A stretch of 64,000 nucleotides of DNA, taken from assembly GCA_051294905.1 (NCBI GenBank), contig CM119381.1, forward strand, positions 7,874,001 to 7,938,000. The letters are read 5' to 3'. The DNA comes from Botryllus schlosseri (Eukaryota). This document shows, piece by piece, positions 21,516-31,171 of the stretch (within the stretch, counting starts at the first letter, position 1; every line of letters begins with the position of its first letter). The notes beneath the pieces are model-generated. The model did no database searches. It was not told the origin of the DNA and was given only the letters and a program-made list of their open reading frames with translations. Made by a program: the position numbers and the translations under genes.

Positions 21516-24500
21516 TTACAGATTCAAGGGAATAGTGGTGACGCCATCGTCCAGAACATGACGCTTGGCGTAAAAATAAGACAAGGTATCGCGATGCTGT
21601 TGGTACGTGTAAATACCGTTATTATGAACTCTGAACCCTCTATTATGACCTCCCATAGGTTTTTGAGATGTCAATACTTCAAGGAATGTTTCAAAATTTA
21701 CTTGACCAGATTTCTGAAGACCTTTCGAGGCATACTTTTGTTTTGGACCATCGCAAAAGTAATTTTTTGATTGGAGACCACAAAATGCAGTACCGTCCTC
21801 GTATTCGACCTTGAACAAACCAGGTTGCCGTAGAAAGTATGCATAGACATCTTTACAGCATTGCCTCGTTCTATCGAATGAGGTTGGGTTGGACAGGAAC
21901 TCATTTCTATGTTCGTCACAAAAATAGCGTGGGAACCATTTTTCGTAATTCAGATAAAATTCAGATCTTTTTTCTGGGATTAGCATATCATCGAAAGAAG
22001 CTGAATGCCCGAGATAGATTGAGTCAGTATCGCACATAGTTATGGTCCATTGCCTGTCGTCAAAGTACGTACAGAGACAGTCGTAAAAAAACGATAGTAT
22101 TTGCTCCTTCGCGTATTGATAGACGAACCACCCGACATGAATGCAAGTATTCCATTTTATTTTTTTAGGCCTTTTGGTTACTTCGTACAAATTGAAGTTC
22201 AACTCTTCTACATTCACAAAAAACGGATCATTGACATTTCTCCGCAATTGACTTTTATCACAAAAACTGGTTCGTTTAAATTTGAGGGGGTTCATTATCA
22301 TCTTCCCATAAGCACAGTTGCCTGAGAGCTTATGAGTCAAAGCAATAATTTCCTTGTCCGGGTCCCGGTCACCAAGCCGTCTAGCGTCAGAGACAGTTTT
22401 TGCGAATCCGTCAAAACAAGTTAATTTTGTAAACTCGATTGCCTCGTATATCCGTGAAACAATTAGACCATGTTCTATATACCATTTTATCAATGTCGAT
22501 GACAAAAGAATTCTCTGGCCATAGTACGAAGCAACCAACATACGCGTTGGTTTTGATAACAGGTTGTGATCAATAGCAAATTGCTTCATGTGACCTTTCA
22601 AATCGTTACGTGAGACAAGGGTGTTTTTGAATATTGGACACAGTTCAGAAAAATATCTTTTCAAATGGGTAGGAGTGTAAATATCAACCAGTAAAGCCCC
22701 AAAGAACGTTCCATCTAACACCATTTCAATCAACTTATGAGCTGTTAGTGACTTGTTGCGAATCAATCGAGGTCGAACACTGTTTATAAATTGAGCGATT
22801 TCGGAATTTTCACGTTTAGAGATATCCCAGTGACATTCCCACATCGTGATAACACGATGCCCTAGGCTTCTGTAATATGAATGTACACGTTCTGTTCGCT
22901 CTCGACGCGCGGGGTCGTCATATGCAAAGCGGCATTTACTATGAGAATGGAAGAAACACCCCAGAAAGGATAACACAACGCCTCGACCCGATGAGTCACG
23001 GTAGAATGCATCTGCAGGGTACCCCTTGGACCCTATCCTTACTTCTGACCCGTTGAAACCATGGTGGACATGTACACCATGAACATGAGAATAGTACTGT
23101 ATCCATTCATGCGCTTTATGACCAAAGGTAGGAGCAGTCTTGACCGGTTTAAATTTAGAACACTCATTATCAAGGCTTTTCCAATGAATGGGATAGCCTG
23201 CTGGTGACGCAAGCGAAATTGGTCGGAGGTACATCGAATTGCAATCCATACCTGTTATATACTGCGTTATTTCCGCGTCTTTACCATAGAAAAGTTGTTT
23301 TATGCGAGTTTCCCCCCTTTTTTGATACCGATTAAAGATGATTGACGGGCCACCGACAAGATTTTCACGAAAAAGTAAAGCTAGATCTTTATGCTTTTCA
23401 CTGAACAAGGTGAAGCACCTTGGAATGGAATTGAATATATGCCTCGAAACAACACCCGGCAGCGAGACAGCTTCTTTAAATATATCGACATTAAATTGAG
23501 ACTTGAAAGAGTCGAATTGCTTTTCTAACCCTTCGATGAAGTAGCGAGTGTCAATTGCATTGTACCATTTTAGATAGTCACGAAGCGATGTCATATTATG
23601 ATCATTCCAAACCTTGAGACAGTTTTCATAATCAGCTTTCGATATATTACAACGTTTTATCGAGCTATAAAATGACTGATGATTCGGGAGCATAGGGTAA
23701 TCTAACAGTTCAATACTAGTCAGAAATTCATATGGAAATGACCCTTTGCACCACTACATTTGAACGCTTTCAGATATTTTTCATAAGAAAAACCAGGTGC
23801 CAAGTAATTGACGATATCGAGGAAACGAAGCCTGTTCGTAGTTAGCGAGAGAAATGTGTTACCACGCTTCAAAACATTCAAGTTTTCATCAACGAAAAAA
23901 CGCAGCAAGTATACCTTAAGACAGTTCAAGTCGTATCTGCCACCATTAAAAGATATAACTGGTATTCGCCTTAGATAGCACATGAATTCATCTTGTAAAC
24001 TTTCCAATGGTAAAGGCTTGTCCGAGGGGTCTAATACTTTCATCTCTGTGATTTTAGATTCAAACAAATCCAGATATTGACGGTATTCAACTAGCAACAG
24101 ACTGAAGGATCGACTCTGAATTGTATGAAAAATCTCTACCATCTCTTCACACAACTGAATTGGGTCACCATTAGAAACAATTACCTGTGGTTCCAAATAC
24201 CCGTCTACATTTGATGATATACTAACGGAAATTGGAATATGCTTCCAATTGTAAGTCGTTTTAGCTGAGGGATCAAAATCACATTGTTGAAACATACTCT
24301 CGATATCGAAGGCAATCCGATATTTGAAAAAACGTAAATGATTTGGGACAATTATGCCTTCAATCTCCATTCGTTCAAATACCGTCAAAGGTGGTCTATA
24401 TATCCCGCCGGGAAATATCTCGACAGGTTCAGTGATGCAGTTGTGCCTGGTCAGATGAGTTGCAAGATCGAAAAATTTGCCACAAGATTCACAATGATAG

Positions 24501-25366
24501 CTTTCGAGGTATCGATTGATCTGAGTTATCAAGCAAGCATGAGAATTTTCGAGGTGTAAATAAACAGGAGTGGCTACATAAGTACTACGTCGGACAGCAA
24601 TAGCTTTACCATCGGTCTTACGATAGATAGATATCGCTACATCAAACAATGTTTCGATGTCAGGTAACATTTCAAAAGTTACACCACCAACAACGTTCAC
24701 ACCATAAACCTGGGTATACTGTTCAGCCAATGATTTCGCATCACGATCGAGTGAGTGGCCAATGCAACGAAATACACACAGATTATCGTTATACCGATTA
24801 CGATTTTTATCATGAAGTAGTGTCATGACACATTTCGATTTTGTAAGCCACAGAGGAAGATTAACATCAGTACACCCTATCAATAACCTATCGCTAGGGA
24901 ATACGTAAAACTGTATATTTGTTAGACAAACAGGCTGTGATTTAGTATCCGGTCGGGCTTTACGCAATACATCAAATGCAGTTTCCAATCTAATGGATTC
25001 TACAAATTTTTCAAACTGTATCAATGATGAAATAGCCAATGGCATATCCAGAACACGATCGATATTTGACGATGCATGAAAATAACGATATCTTAGAGTC
25101 TCGGTGTGGTATAGAATACAGCCATATGAATAGTTGACTTTAAATCTACACGATTCAGAGAAGAATATCGCTTCGATGTCCTCGCGAACAGCTGAGAGTT
25201 GACGATTTATAATCCGAATATTGTACACCACTCGAGATCTGCCTATGTTTGCTACATACGATTTTATGGCTTGCCAGTTCTGTGTTAAAATTTCTTGACG
25301 TTCATCACCAATATCTGGTGGAAATTCATCTTCCTCACGGATACGGTGTCTTCTGCGACGGCTCAT
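21516..25366 (-). pseudogene. polB: Protein-primed family B DNA polymerase (with VSR-like nuclease insert), one frameshift near 23730
   Basis: Exo I AFDIES, Exo II FNGGRYDL, Pol DCNSMY, KLSGNCAYGK, DTDS; adding 1 nt restores GHFPYEFL; VSR-like block FLGCFFHSH...ITMWEC. Confidence 0.95.
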
Positions 25367-25435
25367 CTGTAACATTGAATTCGATTTCAATTTCACACTC
25401 TGTATTCTAATAATCAACGAGATAGTAATACTTAC

Positions 25436-25778
25436 TTATATTTTTTCTCTTGAGATCTTGAGTTCTTTTTCACCTGGTAAGCAAAGAAACAACCTTCCTC
25501 AAAATTATGTTCACCAACTTAAGGTAGTAAAAAAACAGAGAACTCACCGATGCAATAAGTTCGATGATTGGGCTTGATTCTTCTTCTCTTTCTCTGTTTC
25601 GATGAAGCAAGAAAACATCGCGTTAACACAAACTTTGGTTTATTGAATAAGATCAGTGTATACTTACACGTGTATTGGTAATATATTCACGAGCGCAGAT
25701 TCGAGATCCTCTCGCGGCGACGGCCAGGTGGAAAAGACCGAGTTGACTGCGTCGAGATTAACCCAGTGCGAGCACCAT
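25436..25778 (-). other. Putative spliced small basic ORF/leader upstream of polB (introns 25594-25667, 25474-25547, 25367-25435)
   Basis: Three GTRAGT...CAG introns of 74, 74 and 69 nt; spliced frame reads ...RKRRRIKPNHRTYCIGEKELKISREKI* with one early stop. Confidence 0.5.
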
Positions 25779-25879
25779 CTAGTGTTTACGATTTTCCGAT
25801 CGTTTGTAAGCCTATTATCTGTAATTTCATACACATCGCATTAACATTCACATTCACACAATAAATGCATTGCACTGAA

Positions 25880-26776
25880 TCACAAATCATATTTCAAGAT
25901 GGTTCTAATTGTTAAGAGCTGGTTCAGGAATTGGTCGGTTGCATCGTTCAGTTGTTTTTGAATCCGATCAATATCACTGCGTTCAATAGCCGAAGCTAGT
26001 AGCTTTTTTATTTCGAGAATGATTTTGTGCAGGGAAGGTTTCTTCTTTTCTGTAAGGGAATCAATTAAACCTAGAATCGCGCCTAGGTGTGGTCTGATCA
26101 CATCAAGAGTCTTGAGATGGTCTCGAATTTTGTTGGCGGTGTACAGACACATTTTCTCCTCTTGTCGTCTCCCTCTCGATGTCTTCGGCCGATCTTCACC
26201 CTCGCCGAGTTTCACCTGGTTGAGAACCAAAGGTTTTTGTTTCGATTTAGAGAGACATATCTTTTTACACGGAGGTGGACTGGTTTGTTGCGAGGTTGTG
26301 GGTACATCTCGCTTTCTAGAACTTGACGGTTTCTCGATTGGGATCTGTGGTTTCGGTAGGCCGGAAAATAACCTTCGAGAGGTCGTCGGTTTTTCAGACG
26401 GTACCGTGGATCGAACTCTAGATTTTGGAAAAATCTTACGAGGAGTTGCCGGTTTCTCAACTGGTAACACAGCTGAAGTTGCCGGTTCATCTGGAAGGGG
26501 TAAGCTCGAAGCCGAGGTTGTCGGGTTGTCAACCGCGACTTGGTTCGAACCACGTGATTCCAACCATGCCTGTAGTGTGATGTCACGGTGAGGCGGTTGG
26601 TTTTCGATAGGGGTCGTGGAATCACACTCAACGACCTCTGTCGTTGGAGTAACGAGGTCTTCGGGTAGGAGGGCCTCCAAAATATCCGCTTCTTCTTCAA
26701 ATTGCAACTCAAAAGAATTGGGTTCATACCCGAGGGTATTAAATCTGTTCAACTGAGCCTGGGCCATGATTAACAC
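25880..26776 (-). CDS. Polinton hypothetical protein (298 aa; acidic N-terminus, P/S/T-rich middle, NLS-like PPPCKKIC, helical C-terminus)
   Basis: Long open ORF, first gene of the leftward cassette. Confidence 0.7.
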   Translation of the reverse strand: MLIMAQAQLNRFNTLGYEPNSFELQFEEEADILEALLPEDLVTPTTEVVECDSTTPIENQPPHRDITLQAWLESRGSNQVAVDNPTTSASSLPLPDEPATSAVLPVEKPATPRKIFPKSRVRSTVPSEKPTTSRRLFSGLPKPQIPIEKPSSSRKRDVPTTSQQTSPPPCKKICLSKSKQKPLVLNQVKLGEGEDRPKTSRGRRQEEKMCLYTANKIRDHLKTLDVIRPHLGAILGLIDSLTEKKKPSLHKIILEIKKLLASAIERSDIDRIQKQLNDATDQFLNQLLTIRTILKYDL

Positions 26777-27367
26777 AAATTAAAATCGAGGTATACTGAT
26801 CAACGGATGATATTCGGTATGAGCGAGTGGGATTTACCAGTTTACTGAGAACCTATTTATTCAGAACTACTTCCTCTTTCCCGCCACGCGCACCTTCTTC
26901 CTATTTCATATCGTGTTACTCTGTTTATTATAACAACCTTTTATTCATTCTAATTTCCGATGTACGATCACTTAACCCTAGACTGCTCAGGTGGATTATC
27001 GTTACACGATCGCTCTGGTGGGGTCGATTAGACCCCATCAGTTAATATGCTTTTTGTCTTGCCAATTTCGCTATACAGCTGTCTAATAACCTCTTGCATG
27101 ACGTTATAACGATGCATCTTCCCTTTTTGAACCCTACTGTCTACCCATTGTAAAGTTCCGGCTGAGGCGTAACGCCAATACGCAAATGGCGATATGGGGT
27201 CAAACACCCCCATCAATTAATTACAATAACAAAGAAATAACAACAAGACAAGACAATACGATACAACAATGCAACAGAGTAACAACGACAACAACAAAGT
27301 AGATTCAATCCGAATCATCCGGCTCCATGCACTCTTGACATGTCACTATTTTCACAGAGTATGTTTG

Positions 27368-27619
27368 AAGAGCTTCTTGGAGGTACAGAACTCTAATATA
27401 CAATAAATAGTATATTCATATTGAAATGAACCCGAATATTTTCGGCTGACACTCGTCAGGGGTAATCGTCAGCAACTAGTAGAGAATTGGAAAGAACATT
27501 GTATATACGATTGTTGATATACAATGTTCTTTCCAATTCTCTACTAGTTGCTGACGATTACCCCTGACGAGTGTCAGCCGAAAATATTCGGGTTCATTTC
27601 AATATGAATATACTATTTA
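27368..27619. mobile_element. 252-bp insertion: perfect 103-bp hairpin, probably a Penelope-like inverted pLTR remnant
   Basis: Arms 27404-27506 and 27517-27619 with a 10-nt loop; 12-bp target duplication AGAGTATGTTTG (27356-27367, 27620-27631). Confidence 0.75.
27560..27593 (+). ncRNA. Minimal type I hammerhead ribozyme-like motif (mirror copy on minus strand at 27430-27463)
   Basis: ACCC-CTGACGA-GTGTCAGCC-GAA-AATATT-C-GGGT: conserved core, 4-bp helix I, palindromic helix III, NUH = UUC. Confidence 0.55.
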
Positions 27620-29492
27620 AGAGTATGTTTGGCAGACAAATTCCCCACATTTTCCACTTTTCTCTGTTGTTTTCCGGTCTTATGCTCTACCGCAAAGACA
27701 GCATCTGCCACGTGCAGCTTTAGAGAGCTTTGCTGGTGGAATTGTACTGTCTTCTCCCGGAAAAATTATTTTAGACGCGATTTTGTGCGGACGCGTAAGT
27801 GAGTATTTTTTTCTTTGCCTGGACACTGCATTTTTCTTTGTTAGGGTCAGTGCAATTTCCATTGCAAATCCTTTGTGTGTTTGTTTCTTCGCGCGGTTAC
27901 ATTTAGCCAGCAAAGATAATATATAGCCATTGCATGCAGACAAGTTCATCAATCCAAAGAAGATCGTCAGAGGCCAGCGCTTACTATTGCGAGAACAGGA
28001 ATAGTTTGCCACCATTCTGTCTGCCACGTCGACGCCACCTTTTGTTTGATTATAAAATGTTATTATATCTGATTTCCGAGCGTCACCAGAGCTTTCATCA
28101 ATTTTATCATCGTGATGCTGGCTGCTCACCATGGTAAGAATTTTCTTTGAGCCTTTGCCCTTTGGAAGATATGACAGCAGTGTCATATATTTTTGAAATC
28201 CAAAAATGCTGCTGTACACCTCCCTCCCCCGCAGAGAAATGAACGCAGGAGGTATCTCTCTCTTGTTCTTTAAAAGGGTGCCAACTGCTGTCAGTTTATG
28301 GTCGTGAAACAATGATGTCATCAAGGGTATACTGGTGTACCAGTTATCGAATGTGATGTTTCGGCCAGATCCTGATATATCAGACACCAGCCGTGCCACT
28401 TCTTCTTTGGCCGAGTTGTCGACTTTGTACGGCCAGTCCAGTTACGTCCCGCAATAAATTTCAAAATTGTAGGTGTAGCAAGTCTTTGCATCACACAGGG
28501 CATGTAGTTTGATGCCATATTTTGCCGGTTCGTTTCGAATAACTGTCGGAAAGAACACCGTCCTCGAAACCCCCAAAGCATTTCTTCAATTGTCACAAAT
28601 TCAGACAACACGTAATTTCTCTTGAAGGTGTTCAATTTCATATCCGATATTGTTCGAATTATCGCAAATTTGTCATTTTTTCTATCTTCGCGTGTGGTAA
28701 TGTCATCAAGCCGAAGACATCGCAAAGTGAATCGGAATCTTTCGCATGACATTGTTACCTTGAAGATATCAAAACTCATCAAGTGATAATCATGAGCTTT
28801 ATGAACCCCAGCCAGAAGAAGAAGACCAATGACAGCTTCCATCTCCACCGAATTACTTGGCCCTACCCTGCACTTCTCTTTGTAGTTTTGGGCTTCTTCA
28901 GGTGTCTTCTTGTTTGTAAATTCAACAAGTAAATCTATTACTTGTGGTGTAAAGAAGAGCTTCCAATAATCAACGCAGTTATCAGCTTCTAGTGCGGGCC
29001 CAGTGAGACCCGGTGAAAACTTTATCATATTCGCTGCACTTCGACTGGCAGTCGGAGCAGTCTTTCTCCAAAACGTGGTACCGTCTTTTCCTAACCACCC
29101 ATCACTGCCAGCTTCACCTTCTTCAGGATTTTCTTGATCATCTCGTAGACTGCAAGTGACAGAACCAATGCCAAGCAGCAACTAAAAGTCGAAATCCATC
29201 CGATCACAATGAGGAGATAATTACTTAGTCTGCCCACTATACTTGCAAAATCAGACCCATGCGCAATCAATAGCTCATTGCGGCGAGGTATTAGCGATAA
29301 TCAGCTAATGATTTATTCCGTATGATAATGTATAACACCATTGAGGATTACATGTCTGGAAAGAACAATCCGATCGCACAAAAAAATATGGCTCACATTT
29401 TTGTTCGCCTGGGGTCTTTTTGACCCCAACCTGAGCAGTCTAGGGTTAATTACCGGAATTTTTACAGTTTTTATTGTCAGTAACTACACAAT

Positions 29493-29825
29493 ATGGACTC
29501 AACTCATACCCGAGTGATTATAGAAAATTATCTACTTCGCCATCACCAATTACCTGTCCCTGATTCGGGGGAAACAGAACAGTTGGTTCACGATATCATT
29601 GATTTATACATATCAGATCAAATTGTTGAGAGCATCGAAAAATGTGATTTCACATCATTAACCAACGCGATTCTGGGATACGGTGTGGACTGGAATGGTG
29701 TTATGTGCATTGTAGCGATCGCAGCTATGAAAAGTGATGTTCATACTATCTCATTGTACACAGATGCATCATCGAAATTCTTGAATACACACTTTATCTC
29801 ACTGACAAATGATTGGGTATGCTGA
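29493..29825 (+). CDS. Putative Bcl-2-fold (Bak-like) protein encoded by the Polinton
   Basis: BH4-like TRVIIENYLLRHHQ, BH1-like FTSLTNAILGYGVDWNGVMCIV, BH2-like FLNTHFISLTNDWV; no TM tail. Confidence 0.55.
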   Translation: MDSTHTRVIIENYLLRHHQLPVPDSGETEQLVHDIIDLYISDQIVESIEKCDFTSLTNAILGYGVDWNGVMCIVAIAAMKSDVHTISLYTDASSKFLNTHFISLTNDWVC

Positions 29826-29952
29826 ATTTCAGACTACACAATCACAAAACTATCACTATGATTTTATTTACAGAATTCCTGCAAGGATTATTTCAAACCA
29901 AGTCTGTTCAGGCGATTCATCAAACTTCTAAACCGAGTAACTACGCGTTTAT

Positions 29953-30004
29953 GGTCACGTGACTAGGTCTATAAAATACGAGTAACCCCACGGTAATGAT
30001 CATT
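29953..30004 (+). promoter_or_regulatory. Pol II promoter of the SSB gene: E-box GGTCACGTGAC, TATAAAA, Inr TCATT
   Basis: E-box 29953-29963, TATA 29970-29976, Inr about 32 nt after TATA, ATG at 30022. Confidence 0.55.
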
Positions 30005-30021
30005 ATCTGGACATCATAGCA

Positions 30022-30618
30022 ATGGATAGTATACAAGGATTGACCATTGGAAAATCATCGGACCTGCGACTTGCAGTAAAGTTTGTTTCCTCCCCGAAAA
30101 AGGGGCTCGTTAGTAGTTACCTGAAAGGTGTATTTATAGACAACGGGAACAATACTATACCCTTCACTTGTTTCAACCAAGAACTGTTCAAACCCATCGA
30201 AAAAGCTTTTAGGAAACGCAAGCGACTACTCATCAAAACAGCCTGGGCTCGACTCGATAAGTTTACGGGGGAACCTATTTTGCTACTCGGTCGCAGTTCG
30301 TCTGTTACTATTCATGGCAGATCAAAACACACCCCAGACGAATACGCCGTTGTAAGCTGTAACAATATAGGCAGCGAAAAATATATTTCAATCAATGCGA
30401 TATGTACCGACCATGAGGAAAAATCCATCCCCGTCAATGGCGAAGACCTCAAACTACATAGTTTTACGTTAAGCGATGACACCGGAACTGTCAAACTCGA
30501 TCAATGGACCTCGCCTGGTTTAAAAAAAGGGAGAAAGTATGCACTAACGCGCGTCAAAAATCAGGATGGAAGATTAAAGATTGACCAGTTAACTCGAATT
30601 CTAGAGTTACAAGAATGA
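30022..30618 (+). CDS. RPA-like single-stranded DNA-binding protein (two OB folds)
   Basis: VFIDNGNNTIPFTCFNQ (cf. RPA70 DBD-A D-E-S-G-E-I-x-x-T-x-F-N) and FTLSDDTGTVKLDQW (cf. DETGxVKLTLW). Confidence 0.7.
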   Translation: MDSIQGLTIGKSSDLRLAVKFVSSPKKGLVSSYLKGVFIDNGNNTIPFTCFNQELFKPIEKAFRKRKRLLIKTAWARLDKFTGEPILLLGRSSSVTIHGRSKHTPDEYAVVSCNNIGSEKYISINAICTDHEEKSIPVNGEDLKLHSFTLSDDTGTVKLDQWTSPGLKKGRKYALTRVKNQDGRLKIDQLTRILELQE

Positions 30619-30676
30619 TATATATGTGTGTCTACTGTTTCACAATACACAATGGTTGATGCATATTTTCGTGTCA

Positions 30677-31165
30677 TCTGTGATTCGTGATATACTTAAC
30701 ACAGTGGGTCAGTTTTGCGCTGAGCGATTGTATTTGGTATTGTGTACGCTCACGATTGCTTCTAGATCAACCTGTTCCACGGGAAACAATTCACGATACA
30801 TCCACTATAGCGGACAGGATACCATAGTCATTTGCCCCGCGGAATGTAGGTCACTACACATTAAAACACCTGTTTTACGCTCACGGATTGCTTCTAGACC
30901 AACCTGTTCGACGGGAAGCAATTCCCGTAGTGATTCAGTCGACAGGATACCATAGTCATTTGTCTCCGCAGAATATGTAGGTCACTTCGCATTAAAACAC
31001 CTGTTTTCAAAATCGATCGCGGGAAGCGCACAATGACGCTTTTTCGAAGCTCCATAGGCCGATTTTCGACCACTAGCTAGCTCAAAATGCACCGTTTCTG
31101 ACTTCCGAAATGCAACATTCTTGTTTCCGGTATTTTACGAATCACGGGACCACAATATAACTACT
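30677..31165 (-). repeat. Polinton right TIR, with 181 bp absent from the left TIR and a ~131-bp tandem duplication
   Basis: Reverse complement of the left TIR plus extra 30727-30907; 30747-30876 repeats as 30878-31007. Confidence 0.9.
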
Positions 31166-31171
31166 CACCAA

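Larger units (their letters stand above)
27305..29181 (-). pseudogene. piggyBac transposase, frameshifted with stops and an interrupted C-terminal Cys-rich domain
   Basis: TIEEMLWGFRGRC, ITFDNWYTS, YNQTKGGVDVAD, WPLTIF; CRD RGRCCLC...FVCQTYS|VKIVTCQEC split by the 27368-27619 insert. Confidence 0.9.
26976..29445 (-). mobile_element. piggyBac DNA transposon (defective) inserted in the Polinton divergent intergenic region
   Basis: 17-bp TIR CCCTAGACTGCTCAGGT/ACCTGAGCAGTCTAGGG, TTAA on both sides, subterminal GGGGTC-n-GACCCC palindromes. Confidence 0.95.
13313..31165. mobile_element. Full-length Polinton/Maverick (integrating dsDNA virus-like element)
   Basis: AGTAGT...ACTACT termini, long TIRs, perfect 6-bp TSD CACCAA (13307-13312, 31166-31171); pPolB, integrase, ATPase, protease, major and minor capsid genes. 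Confidence 0.97.
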
